Shown here in pieces: positions 9,939-19,356 of a stretch of DNA of 64,000 bases. This DNA is from an uncultured delta proteobacterium (GTDB lineage: Bacteria; Myxococcota_A; Polyangia; Fen-1088). The stretch is taken from NCBI GenBank assembly GCA_963737265.1, contig CAVTRY010000013.1, positions 192,001-256,000 on the forward strand, given 5' to 3'. The position numbers and the translations under genes are program-made. The notes below the pieces were generated by a model. It saw only the letters and a list, made by a program, of their open reading frames with translations. It was not told where the DNA came from and made no database searches. Numbering within the stretch: the stretch's first letter is position 1; the number at the start of each line of letters is the position of its first letter.

Positions 9939-10110
9939 TAACCACAGAGGCACGGAGAGCACGGAGACGGACGAGAGGGATCGGGTTCCGGATCTCAAGA
10001 GGTGTGTATCAATCGCGGACGGAGCCCTGACGGGACGATGGATGGACACGTCTTCAGCCCCCAAATCCTTTCTTAGCGGGCTCTGTGTGCTCCGTGCTCT
10101 CTGTGGTTAA
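9939..10110. repeat. REP-like inverted repeat pair (ACCACAGAG-rCACrGAG type)
   Basis: TAACCACAGAGGCACGGAGAGCACGGAG (9939-9966) is inverted against CTCTGTGTGCTCCGTGCTCTCTGTGGTTAA (10081-10110). Confidence 0.6.
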
Positions 10111-11228
10111 GTTCCCTTGCTGTTCCCGAGCATTTCTCCACCTTGCTGTGTGCCCGCCAAGGTTCCGCAGGCGGCGCAGATATCGCGGCCGCCAGCGTAG
10201 CGGCGCGTGAGGGGGATGGAAAAGCGCGAGAGCTCGTCGCGGAAATCCTGTACCTCGGCGTCGGCGGGCGGTTGAAATTGGCGGGTGGGATCGTTGACGT
10301 CGATGAGATTGATCTTCACGCGAATGCCCGCGAAAAGCAGGCCGAGGTCGTGCGCTTGCTGGCGGCTCATGTTCACGCCGGACACCGCCACGTAGGCCAG
10401 CGTGACTCGGCTCTTGCTGGCGTCGGCGTAAGCGCGAATGGCTGGCACCAGTTCGGCGAGGGGCCAGGATTTCTCGATGGGCATGAGCGGCAGGCGCACT
10501 TCCCGGGTGGGCGCGGCCAGCGAGACGATGAGGCGAAAGCGGGTATTTTCGGCCGCGAAACGCCGGATGGCGGGTACGACGCCGGCGGTGGAGATGGAAA
10601 TGGCGTCGGCGGAAATCGCCATGCCCGCGGGATGGGAAAGGACGCGCGCCGTGCTCATCACGTTGTCGTAGTTGAGCAGCGGTTCGCCCATGCCGAGAAA
10701 AAGGATGCCGCTGATGGGATGGTCGGCTTCGCCGGCGATGGCGTGAACCTGCGCCAGCATCTCCCAGGTGGCGAGGTTGCGCGCAAAGCCGAGCTTGCCG
10801 GTGGCGCAGAAGGCGCAGGCGAGGGCGCAACCGACCTGCGAGCTGATGCACAGGGTGTACTTGGCCGTGGGCAGCGCGACGAGGCCGTCTACTTCGCCCC
10901 GCCGCCGCTTTTCCTTCAGCTCGCGCGCATGGGCGGGATCGGGCAGGGGAATACGCACCGCCTCGATGGCGGCGCCGTCGGGCAGGCGGAAGAGGTACTT
11001 CACGAATCCGTCGGCGGCGCGCCGACGCTCGACGACCTCGATGTCGGGGAACGCGCAATCACGCGCCAGCGCCCGGCGCGTTTCAGCCGGCAGCTGCTCC
11101 AGCTCGTCCAGGCTGGTGGCCCACTGTGCGTGTACGCGCGCAAACACCTTGCGCGCCAAGCGCTCGCCCACGCCGTAGTCGGCCAGGACGGCGCTCATCG
11201 CCGACCAGTCGAGGTCGCGGGGAAGCAA
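10107..11228 (-). CDS. rlmN: RlmN/Cfr-family radical SAM RNA methyltransferase
   Basis: TLCISSQVGCALACAFC (CxxxCxxC), GMGEP and C-terminal DICAACG. May be a paralogue rather than the main rlmN. Confidence 0.75.
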   Translation of the reverse strand: MLPRDLDWSAMSAVLADYGVGERLARKVFARVHAQWATSLDELEQLPAETRRALARDCAFPDIEVVERRRAADGFVKYLFRLPDGAAIEAVRIPLPDPAHARELKEKRRRGEVDGLVALPTAKYTLCISSQVGCALACAFCATGKLGFARNLATWEMLAQVHAIAGEADHPISGILFLGMGEPLLNYDNVMSTARVLSHPAGMAISADAISISTAGVVPAIRRFAAENTRFRLIVSLAAPTREVRLPLMPIEKSWPLAELVPAIRAYADASKSRVTLAYVAVSGVNMSRQQAHDLGLLFAGIRVKINLIDVNDPTRQFQPPADAEVQDFRDELSRFSIPLTRRYAGGRDICAACGTLAGTQQGGEMLGNSKGT

Positions 11229-11240
11229 CGGGCTAGCCAG

Positions 11241-12551
11241 CTAGCGCCCGCTTCCCTCGCGGTCGCGCGAGTGCAGCAGGTCGAGCGGTGGCGCTTCGTT
11301 TTCCACCACGTAGCCGAACTCGCGCTTGAACTCCTCGGCGGATTTCTTGGGCGTGCATACCGAGCCGAACTTGGCGAGAATGGCGGGCTCGACGAAGTCG
11401 TCGCGGCGCAAGCGGATCATGTAGCGGCGGGCGATGGCGTAGCGGGTGGACTTGATGTCGACCATGCGCACGCGGGTGCGGCCGGTCTGCGGATCGAGGA
11501 GCTGGGCGAAGGGGATGGGCACGAAGTTCCCCGCCTGCAGCGACACCATGGCCGCATTGCCGCCCGAGAACAGAAACTTGGCGGCGCAGTAGCCGAGGTC
11601 GCGCGTGTATTCCATGTCGTAGGGAACCGGATCCGCGCAGCGCAGCTCGTAGCCGATGTCCTTCGACACCACGGTGACCTTGGGCACGCCGAGGTCGCGC
11701 AGGCGCGTGTTGACCGCTTTCTTCAAGCCGTCGCCCAGGTTCAGCTCGGAAATGCGGATGTGGCCGTGCTCGTCGTATTCGATGTTGCCCAGGCGCTTGA
11801 TGTCGTCGTCGGGCAGGCCTTCCGCCAAGCCCTCGGCCAGCACCGCCACGCCGTAGCGTCGCCCCTCGGCCAGGCGCTTGATGATGGCGCCGGCCAGGAT
11901 GTCGACGAGGATGCGCAGGGTCGGTTTGTTGCGCGGAAACTCCTCGGGGATCACGGTCAAGGTCGCGCCCGCCGCCTTGCCGATGCCGAGCGCCAGGTGT
12001 CCCGCCTTGCGGCCCATCGCCACCACGAAGTACCAGCGCGACGTGGTCTTGGCGTCGACCATCAGGTTCTTGACCAGCTCCACGCCGAGGTGGCGGGCGG
12101 TGTTGTAGCCGAACGAATCCACCGACGGGTCGAGGTCGAGGTCGTTATCGATGGTCTTGGGCACGTGCACCACGCGCAGCTTGCCGGCGGCCTTTTCCGA
12201 AACTTTCATGGCGGAATACGCCGTGTCGTCGCCGCCGATGGTGATGAGCTGGGTGACGCCCAAGCGGTGCAGCGATTCGATCACCGTGACCAAGTCCTCG
12301 TCGCGGTTGGTCGGGTTGGCGCGCGAGCTGCCGAGCAGCGATCCGCCGCTGAAGTGGATGCGGCTGACGTCGCCGAGCTGCAACGGGCGGATGTCTTCCA
12401 GTCTCCCCTTCATCAGGCGGTCGAAGCCGTCGCGAATGCCGAGCACTTCCACGCCCTGCAAGAGCGCCCGAATCGTCGCCGCGCTGATCACGCTGTTGAT
12501 GCCAGGCGCGGGGCCGCCGCCGACCAAAATGCCGAGTTTCTCTTTTGGCAC
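11241..12551 (-). CDS. pfp: Pyrophosphate-dependent 6-phosphofructokinase
   Basis: GGGPAPG, GGDD (the Asp is typical of PPi use), PKTIDND, MGR, GYELRC. Confidence 0.9.
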   Translation of the reverse strand: MPKEKLGILVGGGPAPGINSVISAATIRALLQGVEVLGIRDGFDRLMKGRLEDIRPLQLGDVSRIHFSGGSLLGSSRANPTNRDEDLVTVIESLHRLGVTQLITIGGDDTAYSAMKVSEKAAGKLRVVHVPKTIDNDLDLDPSVDSFGYNTARHLGVELVKNLMVDAKTTSRWYFVVAMGRKAGHLALGIGKAAGATLTVIPEEFPRNKPTLRILVDILAGAIIKRLAEGRRYGVAVLAEGLAEGLPDDDIKRLGNIEYDEHGHIRISELNLGDGLKKAVNTRLRDLGVPKVTVVSKDIGYELRCADPVPYDMEYTRDLGYCAAKFLFSGGNAAMVSLQAGNFVPIPFAQLLDPQTGRTRVRMVDIKSTRYAIARRYMIRLRRDDFVEPAILAKFGSVCTPKKSAEEFKREFGYVVENEAPPLDLLHSRDREGSGR

Positions 12552-12632
12552 GATCTACGTCTCCTTCACTTCTGCTTCCCTAGCGGCAAGCGGTGGCGGA
12601 AGTTAGCACAAGGTTCCGCCTCGTGGGCAACC

Positions 12633-13289
12633 TCACCAGTCGCTTCGCATGGGCGGCTTCTTCTTGTCCGCGGGCGCCTTGGCGGGTGCCGGCACGGTTT
12701 CGGCCAGGGTGCGCAGTTGCCGTTCGATCTGATCGCGCACGCGTGCGACGGTCTCGACCGCTAGCTGCCTGCGCAAGATGTCGGGTGCCGTCTCGGCACG
12801 GGTCAGCCCGAGGCCGATCGCCGCGTCCAGCCGGACCTCGGCGTCTTCGTTGTCGAACAGTCGAGCGAGCTGCTCGGGAGCATTCACCGCGCCCGGGACC
12901 CAGCCCAGCGCGACGGCGGCCCGGCGCACGAGCAGCCGATCCACCGCATTCGTGGCTTTTGCGTACTTCTCCACCAGCTTGCCCAGGAATTCCACGACCT
13001 CGGGCGAGGGCAGAAGTCGCAGGGCAGCGACGGCGCGCGCGCGCGTCAGCCCCTCGGCGCGCGGGTCGAGGGCAATGGCCATGAGCGACTTCTCGGGCAC
13101 GGTCTCGATGGCGTGTAAGTCCGCCGCGGTCGCCACGTCATGAGCGGCCAGGTAAGTCTCAATCTTCGACCGCGCCGTCGTCTTTTGCACGCTCGGCACG
13201 CGTGGCCCGCCCGCGTCGGGCGCGGATGCGGACGCATGATGTCCGAAAGCAAGCGCGGCAGTGAAGATGGCAAGACAAGTCAGCTGCAC
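12633..13289 (-). CDS. Exported HEAT-repeat protein
   Basis: Signal peptide followed by HEAT-like repeats (RARAVAAL, RRAAVALG, VRLDAAIGLG). Confidence 0.65.
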   Translation of the reverse strand: MQLTCLAIFTAALAFGHHASASAPDAGGPRVPSVQKTTARSKIETYLAAHDVATAADLHAIETVPEKSLMAIALDPRAEGLTRARAVAALRLLPSPEVVEFLGKLVEKYAKATNAVDRLLVRRAAVALGWVPGAVNAPEQLARLFDNEDAEVRLDAAIGLGLTRAETAPDILRRQLAVETVARVRDQIERQLRTLAETVPAPAKAPADKKKPPMRSDW

Positions 13290-13362
13290 AACGAGACGCT
13301 AGCACAGGCGTTAGGATATAGTCGCACCAACCGGCGCTATCCGAATCATTGGGAGGTTTTCC

Positions 13363-14298
13363 ATGCATCGTCGCTCGCGCATCCTTCAACTGCTGTGCAT
13401 CACCGTTCTTGGATTCACCACGACGGCGCTGGCGCAGGAAATGTCCATGCCTCCGGCGGATTCCGCAGGCGCCACACCGGCGGCCGCTCCCGCGCCTGGC
13501 CTCGATAGCGGCGCCGTGCCGGCCGGCCAGGAAGCCGTCGCGACCGCGGCAACCGCCGAAACGGCGACGACCTTCGCTCGCTACGGGCTCGCGGTACGCG
13601 CGCGCTGGATTTCGGTGCCGAGTTGGCTGCTTGGCGCGTTCACCCAGAAGAATGTTCCGCTCTCGACCTACGGCTACGCCCTCGAAGGCTACCGTCGCAA
13701 GCGCGACAAGGACGACCATAACCGGACATGGGAGGTTTCCGTCGCCATCGGCTACCAAAACATGAGCCCGCCCGATGGTTATTGGCTGGGCACGGGCAAG
13801 GACATCACCAAGGATACGGATCTGGTCCAGTTTAAGAATTTCTCTCTCATCACCATGGATGCGGCTTTCATCTCGCGCCAGTACTTCAGCCCGTACTTCG
13901 GCATCCACTACGGCGCCGGCTTGGGGTTGGGCGTGGTGCGGGGAAAGGTGCTGCGCACGTCGGCCGAGTGCGACCCAACCACCGGGCAGTGCAAGATCGT
14001 CTTGAACCAGACGAGTCCGAAGACTGGCCAGCTCATAGTCTGCGGCGGCGCCGGACAGCTGGCGTGCATTGAAACCGACCTTTCCAACAGCGAAGGCAGC
14101 TACGACACCGGGCCGATCTCAAACGGCGGGCAACCCCATCGTTTCCAGGAAACCTCCATCCCCGGCGCGGTCCCCATCATCAATCTTTTCTTCGGCCTGG
14201 ATTTTCCCGTTCCCGATGCCAAGGGGCTCGAGTTCCGCATCGACGCCGGTTTCTACGACGCCTTCTTCGTCGGCGGCAGTGCCGGCTACTTGTTCTAG
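13363..14298 (+). CDS. Exported hypothetical protein, probable outer-membrane beta-barrel with a Cys-containing loop
   Basis: GGAGG RBS, signal peptide ending ALA, beta-strand pattern, C-terminal GYLF. Confidence 0.6.
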   Translation: MHRRSRILQLLCITVLGFTTTALAQEMSMPPADSAGATPAAAPAPGLDSGAVPAGQEAVATAATAETATTFARYGLAVRARWISVPSWLLGAFTQKNVPLSTYGYALEGYRRKRDKDDHNRTWEVSVAIGYQNMSPPDGYWLGTGKDITKDTDLVQFKNFSLITMDAAFISRQYFSPYFGIHYGAGLGLGVVRGKVLRTSAECDPTTGQCKIVLNQTSPKTGQLIVCGGAGQLACIETDLSNSEGSYDTGPISNGGQPHRFQETSIPGAVPIINLFFGLDFPVPDAKGLEFRIDAGFYDAFFVGGSAGYLF

Positions 14299-16151
14299 TT
14301 CTTCCGCTTCATCGCCGGCGCATCGCCGACCGTGGAGCGAACCAGCACGCGGCTCTTGCCGCGCAACACGTCGAGCGACAGTGCCGAGCCAGGATTGGCC
14401 GAAGCGATGAACGGGCGCAGCTCGTTCGCGCGCGAAAATAGTCGGCCGGGCACGCCGAGGACAATGTCGCCCGGCCGCAGGCCTGCCGCGGCCGCTGGCG
14501 TGCGTGGCGCGACCGACGTGATCTGTGCGGCACCGTCGGCCAAGCCCAGGCTGCCGCGACGGCCTGGGCCGAGCGGGATGAAGGTGATTCCAAGCCAACC
14601 CGGCTTGACCATGCCGGCGCGCCGCTGATCCTCGGCGAGAGGCGGGAAGGAAACCTTGGCCGGCTCTGCCATGCGCGGTGGGGTGGGCGGAACTGGCAAG
14701 GCCAAGTCTTCGCAGCGGGTGAGCGCCTCGACCGCCTTGGCTAGGCTCGCGTGCTTCTCGATCCAAACCCGGCCGGCGATCGACGTGAACACGAAGCGCA
14801 TGCGCAGCAGCGCGGCCAAGCGGATCTCGGTGCGATAGCTGATCTCGTCGGTCGTAGAGAGCGCCGCGACCAAACGGTTGGCCTCGGCCAGGCGTGCGGG
14901 CTGCGACTCGACCGTCGGTGCCAGCTCGGCGAGCAAGGACAGCATGAGCTCGCGCAACGCCTTGCCGTCGAGCCGGCGCAGGTTGCGTTCGTCGAGCCGC
15001 GTGCGCCAGCCCGGCCGACTGGCCAGGAACGTGTCCAGGTTGGCCTGGTTGAAATCGCCGAGCGCGCCTTCCCAGGTCTTTCCGCGCGCATCCAGCTCGT
15101 CGAGAAACGCCATGAGCTCGCTCTCGCGCTGGTCGAGCTCGACCAGCGTGGCCGGACGCGGAGTGTTGTAAGCGACCGCAATCTGATCGATGAGCCGGCT
15201 GTCGTCGCGAAAGGCGCCGCTGGCCAGGGCCTTCCGGACCAAGTCGTCGGTGAAAGCAGACTCGCGCCCGGGCGATCCGGCAGCACGCGCCAGCAACTCG
15301 GCCAAATAGACGTCCGAGCTGCGCAAGGGAATGTCAGGGGTTTCGTCGCTGATCATCACCTCGGCGTGGGCCGCGGAAAAACGCCCGCGCCGGGCCAGCG
15401 CCGACAAGAATTCGAACGAATGTCCGATGCCCTTCTGCCCGCGCACCTCGGGATAGCAACCGTAGGCGGGACGGTCGGGCGTGGACGAAAAATAGCCGCA
15501 GGTCGCCCCGGTGGGAAAGGGCCGGTGTTCGCGCGCCTCGTGCAGATAGGCAAAACCGCCAGAAAAACACTGAGACATGAGCGACACCACGCGCACCGAG
15601 GGCGGCAAGGTCGCCAACAGAGCGCCCAGCTTGCGTGCCGAAACGGATTCGTGCTCGCCCCACAAGCTGATGCGATTGTCGAGCGGATCGCGGCGGCTCT
15701 GGCTGCCGTGATCGGTGACGTAGACGAGCAGGGTGTCGCCCGGGCGCAGGCGCGCGCGCAGCTCGGCCACGGCACGCGACAAGCTGGCCAGCGTGGCTGG
15801 ACGCAGATCGATGCCGGGCAGGACCGAATTTTCGTAGATCGCGGCGTCGCGCAGCAGCGGATCGATGCGCGTTCCTTGCAGCAGCCAGGCGTTCTCGGGT
15901 TCCGTTTCGCGCGTCGCCAGATCCGGCGCGGGATTGTTTCCATCGCTGGCCAGCACCACGAGGTGGTCGCGCGGGACACCGGCCGTCGCCAGGAGAGCGA
16001 CGAGCTGGCGCAGGTGTTCGAGGTGGGAGGCGAAGTTGTCGAGCTTGTCGCCGCCGCCGTTGATGGCGAGCACGTAGAGAGCGCCTGGGGTCGCCGCCCG
16101 CACCGGCGCGGCCAGGTTCAGGAGTGTTGCGATGAGAAGGAGGATCCGCAT
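14295..16151 (-). CDS. Secreted clan CD (C13/legumain-like) peptidase with C-terminal PDZ domain
   Basis: Start MRILLLIATLL. His/Cys dyad motifs YVTDHG and MSQCFSGGF. PDZ motifs WLGI...TPAAAAGLRPGDIV. The 989-aa track ORF is over-extended through the repeat array. Confidence 0.75.
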   Translation of the reverse strand: MRILLLIATLLNLAAPVRAATPGALYVLAINGGGDKLDNFASHLEHLRQLVALLATAGVPRDHLVVLASDGNNPAPDLATRETEPENAWLLQGTRIDPLLRDAAIYENSVLPGIDLRPATLASLSRAVAELRARLRPGDTLLVYVTDHGSQSRRDPLDNRISLWGEHESVSARKLGALLATLPPSVRVVSLMSQCFSGGFAYLHEAREHRPFPTGATCGYFSSTPDRPAYGCYPEVRGQKGIGHSFEFLSALARRGRFSAAHAEVMISDETPDIPLRSSDVYLAELLARAAGSPGRESAFTDDLVRKALASGAFRDDSRLIDQIAVAYNTPRPATLVELDQRESELMAFLDELDARGKTWEGALGDFNQANLDTFLASRPGWRTRLDERNLRRLDGKALRELMLSLLAELAPTVESQPARLAEANRLVAALSTTDEISYRTEIRLAALLRMRFVFTSIAGRVWIEKHASLAKAVEALTRCEDLALPVPPTPPRMAEPAKVSFPPLAEDQRRAGMVKPGWLGITFIPLGPGRRGSLGLADGAAQITSVAPRTPAAAAGLRPGDIVLGVPGRLFSRANELRPFIASANPGSALSLDVLRGKSRVLVRSTVGDAPAMKRKN

Positions 16152-16214
16152 GTAAGCCTTGATCAGCGGCCAGCGCAGCTTACCCCATTCCGCTCTTGAA
16201 TCATCGCCTGACGC

Positions 16215-16810
16215 CGGCTGGACAGCGGACGCGCGCTGGCCGAAATCCAGCAGCTCACCCTGCAAAGCAAGCAGCTCGATATTCAGCACGACGATCTGCT
16301 GCGCGGGATGTTCGGGGCACTGACCACGCTGTCGAAGCTGGCGAAGAACGGCGACCAGGCGCGGAGCTTGCGCAACCAACTTTTCCCGCTGGGATTGAGC
16401 CACAACAACAAGAGTCACTTGGCCGAGGCCGGTCACGCCGCCGCCGTGGCCACCGCCATGACCGACGACCAGCTCACATTCCTGAAGTCGCTGCCATTGG
16501 ACGATTCGACCATGTTCGATCTGCACAACCAGTGGCAGAGCGTCTCCACGCAAATGGGAGCCGTGGAAGAAAAGCGTGCGCTGCTCAAACACCCCTCGAA
16601 GACCTTGGCGGCGCAAACCCAGGCCGCCCGTCGCGAATGGATCCGCTGGACCAAGATCCTCGTGACCACCGCCGAGAACGCCGGGATCGGCCCCGCGGAC
16701 GACGCCCTGCTCTTCGCCCCCTTGCGCGAAGCCATGCAAAAGGCCGACGATCGGTGGAGCAACAGCCCCAAGCCAACACCTCCGGCGCCTGCCCCATCCA
16801 GAAGTAACAA
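16215..16810 (+). pseudogene. 5'-truncated helical hypothetical protein
   Basis: Frame reads ALAEIQQLTLQSKQLDIQHDDLLRGMFGAL...KADDRWSNSPKPTPPAP with protein-like codon use, but hits an upstream stop with no start or RBS. It reads on into the repeat array. Confidence 0.5.
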
Positions 16811-16885
16811 TGTAGAGGCCGCGAGGCCGGGCCCCAGGGGAGGCGGTCTTTCTTCCCCGCGATTTCAAGGAGATCGCCTCCCCGA

Positions 16886-17275
16886 CGCGGCCTTCCAACG
16901 CGTCGGTCCACGAAAACCCCGTACGACGCAGCCTTGGCGAACGTATACGTCCAGCGAAGCCACGTCCCACGCAGCCTTGGCGAACGTATACGTCCAGCGA
17001 AGCCACGTCCCACGCAGCTCTTTCCAACGCGTCGGTCCACGAAAGCCCCGTACGACGTAGCCTTGGCGAACGTATACGTCCAGCGAAGCCACGTCCCACG
17101 CAGCCTTGGCGAACGTATACGTCCACCGAAGCCACGTCCCACGCAGCTTCTTCCAACGCGGCGATCCACGAAAGCCCCGTACGACGTAGGCTTGGCGAAC
17201 GTATACGTCCAGCGAGGCCCCATTCCACGTAGCTTGGGTCAACGTACACGTTCACCGAAGCCACCTACCACGTGG
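16886..17275. repeat. 43-bp tandem repeat array with higher-order (Y-X-X)x3 structure
   Basis: X=GCAGCCTTGGCGAACGTATACGTCCAGCGAAGCCACGTCCCAC and Y=GCAGCTCTTTCCAACGCGTCGGTCCACGAAAGCCCCGTACGAC. About 9 units with a 129-bp period; the last units are degenerate. Confidence 0.9.
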
Positions 17276-17498
17276 CTTCAGTGCGTGCGGCGTTCGCAGC
17301 CCCTCGACCGGTGATATCCAGCTGCCTGGCAGCGTTTTGTTATCGTCTTATCAAGCTTGCGCGCACGCCAATCCGAGGCGCCAGCAGTGGAATGGCAAAC
17401 CTCCCCAAAGTCGAACCCCGCGAAATCACGGGCAGACCGTCTCCGTCCGCGCCTGAAAGCTTGCGAGACGCTCGCAGGAATATTGGGGTACTCTTTGC

Positions 17499-17518
17499 AG
17501 GCTAATAGTAAGTTCGAC
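17499..17518 (+). mobile_element. Putative integron attI site
   Basis: GGCTAATAGTAA-GTTCGAC resembles the attI1 simple site (CCCTAAAACAAA-GTT). GTTCGACGG is the reverse complement of CCGTCGAAC at the far end of the first cassette. Confidence 0.6.
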
Positions 17519-17543
17519 GGACTGTGGACAAAGCGAACATTGA

Positions 17544-19133
17544 ATGATCACGAAGTTTCTTGATATTGAGACGACGTCAGACCACGATCGCTTCCAAGCG
17601 TGGCGGACCGAGCATCAGGACGGTGCCGTCCTGATGCTCGAACGCGGATCGAGCGCGAGGCTTCACGGTGTTCGGTGCACCCATTTCGGTAGCGGTCCGC
17701 CATACTTTTCCTCCACCGACGGATTTGGGTCTCTGACGTCCAAGCCAAAGGTGTGTGGCTTGGAATCCGAGCTCATTGAGTGGGCTGCCCAGAACGGTAT
17801 CGTTCTCAATGGCTGCCAACACTGCATCCGCGACGGACTGATAGGAGCGCTTGAGGACGAGCCAGAATTGGAGCAGCAGGTTTCCGAGGCGGAAACGGTT
17901 CTGGTGCGACTACTTCCGGATGCAAAGGATCGTTCACTCGTCCTGAAGCGCCTTCTGGACTCCGCCACAATGGCGGACACAACAGCACCGAACGCGTGGG
18001 GCGTTACGATGTTCTCCGACGGGTTTCGTCTCAACGTGGGCCAAGTCGAAGTCCTGGTCCTCGGCGAACAAACCCTCCGGGTGAACCTCCTCACGGATCT
18101 CGGCGTGCCCCCCGCCGTTGGGCCTTGTTTTGCGGCAACGGCGTATCAATCGATGCCCGAATCCCAATGTGCATTTGTGGGCACCGTCCAGGAATATGCC
18201 GGGATGGAAGCCGCGATAGCTGCTGCTCACGAAGCATTCGTAAGGCGCGCCGCCTCGACGCAGTCGGGCGAGGCACGTGCGGGAACCCCTTTCCGTCGAA
18301 GGCATGAGGGCATCCTGAAGCTCGCCCGCAGAACTCTTGGGCTGGCCGAGGACGGTGCGACCACTCGAAATGATTACGTCGCGTACCATAGCGTGGCCGT
18401 GATGGGTTACCCGTTCGTGCCGAACGACGACGGCAGAATCACGTTCCTGACCACCAAATCGGAAGGGGTCGTGCGCCGAGTCCTGGGCAATACCGTTTGG
18501 GTAATCTCAGGCGAGCGTACAGCGGCCAAGACTCGCTATCAGCTCCATGGCAGGTTTCGACCAGACGATCTGGCTCGGGGACAAGACGCATGGAAAATAT
18601 CGGGGCCGGGCGTGTCCCTCCCGGATCCCGTTGATGTGACCGACGAGCCTTGGTTTCGTGAGCTCCTCGACGAGCAGGCCAACTTCAGCCTTGGACTGAA
18701 TCGGATCCGCTCATTGAGTATCCTCTCGGCGCTTGACTCGATGTTTGGTAAATCTTTGGGCTTTCCCGAGGAAAGGTTGCCAGACGAGGTCCCTGAAGGC
18801 ACGTATCGAGAGGGACAAGGGGTGCAGATTACAGTCAACCGGTACGAGCGCGACGCATCCGCTCGCGCGGCCTGCCTCAGGCACTTTGGGCCAGTTTGCC
18901 AAATATGCAGAGTCGATCTGTCCACCATCTACGGACCAATCGCCGCTGGACTTGTTCACGTCCATCATCTGCTACCACTTTCCCAAGTTGAGGAGCAGCA
19001 TGAAGTCCGGCCTGACCACGATTTGATTCCCGTTTGTCCCAATTGCCATGCCGTGGTTCATCGTCGCGATCCGCCCGTGACGCCAGATGAGCTGCGCGAA
19101 ATGATGGCGCAGACCGGGGCGAGTAGACCGTGA
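17544..19133 (+). CDS. Multidomain HNH endonuclease (McrA-like C-terminus), integron cassette 1
   Basis: YERD..AR..C...G..CQIC...VHVHHLLPLS...DLIPVCPNCHAVVH. Bounded by the attI-like site and attC1. Confidence 0.85.
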   Translation: MITKFLDIETTSDHDRFQAWRTEHQDGAVLMLERGSSARLHGVRCTHFGSGPPYFSSTDGFGSLTSKPKVCGLESELIEWAAQNGIVLNGCQHCIRDGLIGALEDEPELEQQVSEAETVLVRLLPDAKDRSLVLKRLLDSATMADTTAPNAWGVTMFSDGFRLNVGQVEVLVLGEQTLRVNLLTDLGVPPAVGPCFAATAYQSMPESQCAFVGTVQEYAGMEAAIAAAHEAFVRRAASTQSGEARAGTPFRRRHEGILKLARRTLGLAEDGATTRNDYVAYHSVAVMGYPFVPNDDGRITFLTTKSEGVVRRVLGNTVWVISGERTAAKTRYQLHGRFRPDDLARGQDAWKISGPGVSLPDPVDVTDEPWFRELLDEQANFSLGLNRIRSLSILSALDSMFGKSLGFPEERLPDEVPEGTYREGQGVQITVNRYERDASARAACLRHFGPVCQICRVDLSTIYGPIAAGLVHVHHLLPLSQVEEQHEVRPDHDLIPVCPNCHAVVHRRDPPVTPDELREMMAQTGASRP

Positions 19134-19140
19134 GAGCGCC

Positions 19141-19308
19141 GTCGAACAAGCCGTTGCAGCTGACAAGGGCCGGTCAACTCTCGGTCGGCGGTCAACGAGC
19201 CGGGGCCGCGCGGCTCACAACTGAACGGTCGGCCGCCGCGCGGCCCCGGCAGTGCTACTATCGACCATCCCCTACCGGCCCTTGCAGCTGAACGGCAAGG
19301 CGTTCGGC
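19141..19308 (+). mobile_element. attC site 1 (long type)
   Basis: GTCGAAC-AAGCCGTTGCAGCTG...CAGCTGAACGGCAAGGC-GTTCGGC, an imperfect palindrome with R''/L''/L'/R' boxes. Confidence 0.85.
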
Positions 19309-19356
19309 GGACGATCGCAAATTGCGGGGCAGGTACGTCGGTAGTAATGTTCTCGA

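Noticed and set aside
10143-12764. Long opposite-strand ORFs (873 aa here; also 7463-9175, 5944-6942, 52823-54313)
   Set aside because: Antisense shadows of well-supported genes in high-GC DNA.
14295-17264. 989-aa ORF as one protein
   Set aside because: The first ~370 aa are repeat-derived or antisense to another gene. A signal peptide begins at 16151.
16886-17275. CRISPR array or coding repeat
   Set aside because: Units are contiguous with no unique spacers. The open frames across it are a by-product of the 129-bp period.
17276-17498. intI integrase remnant or Pc promoter
   Set aside because: No tyrosine-recombinase-like translation in either direction, and no correctly spaced -35/-10 pair that I could defend.
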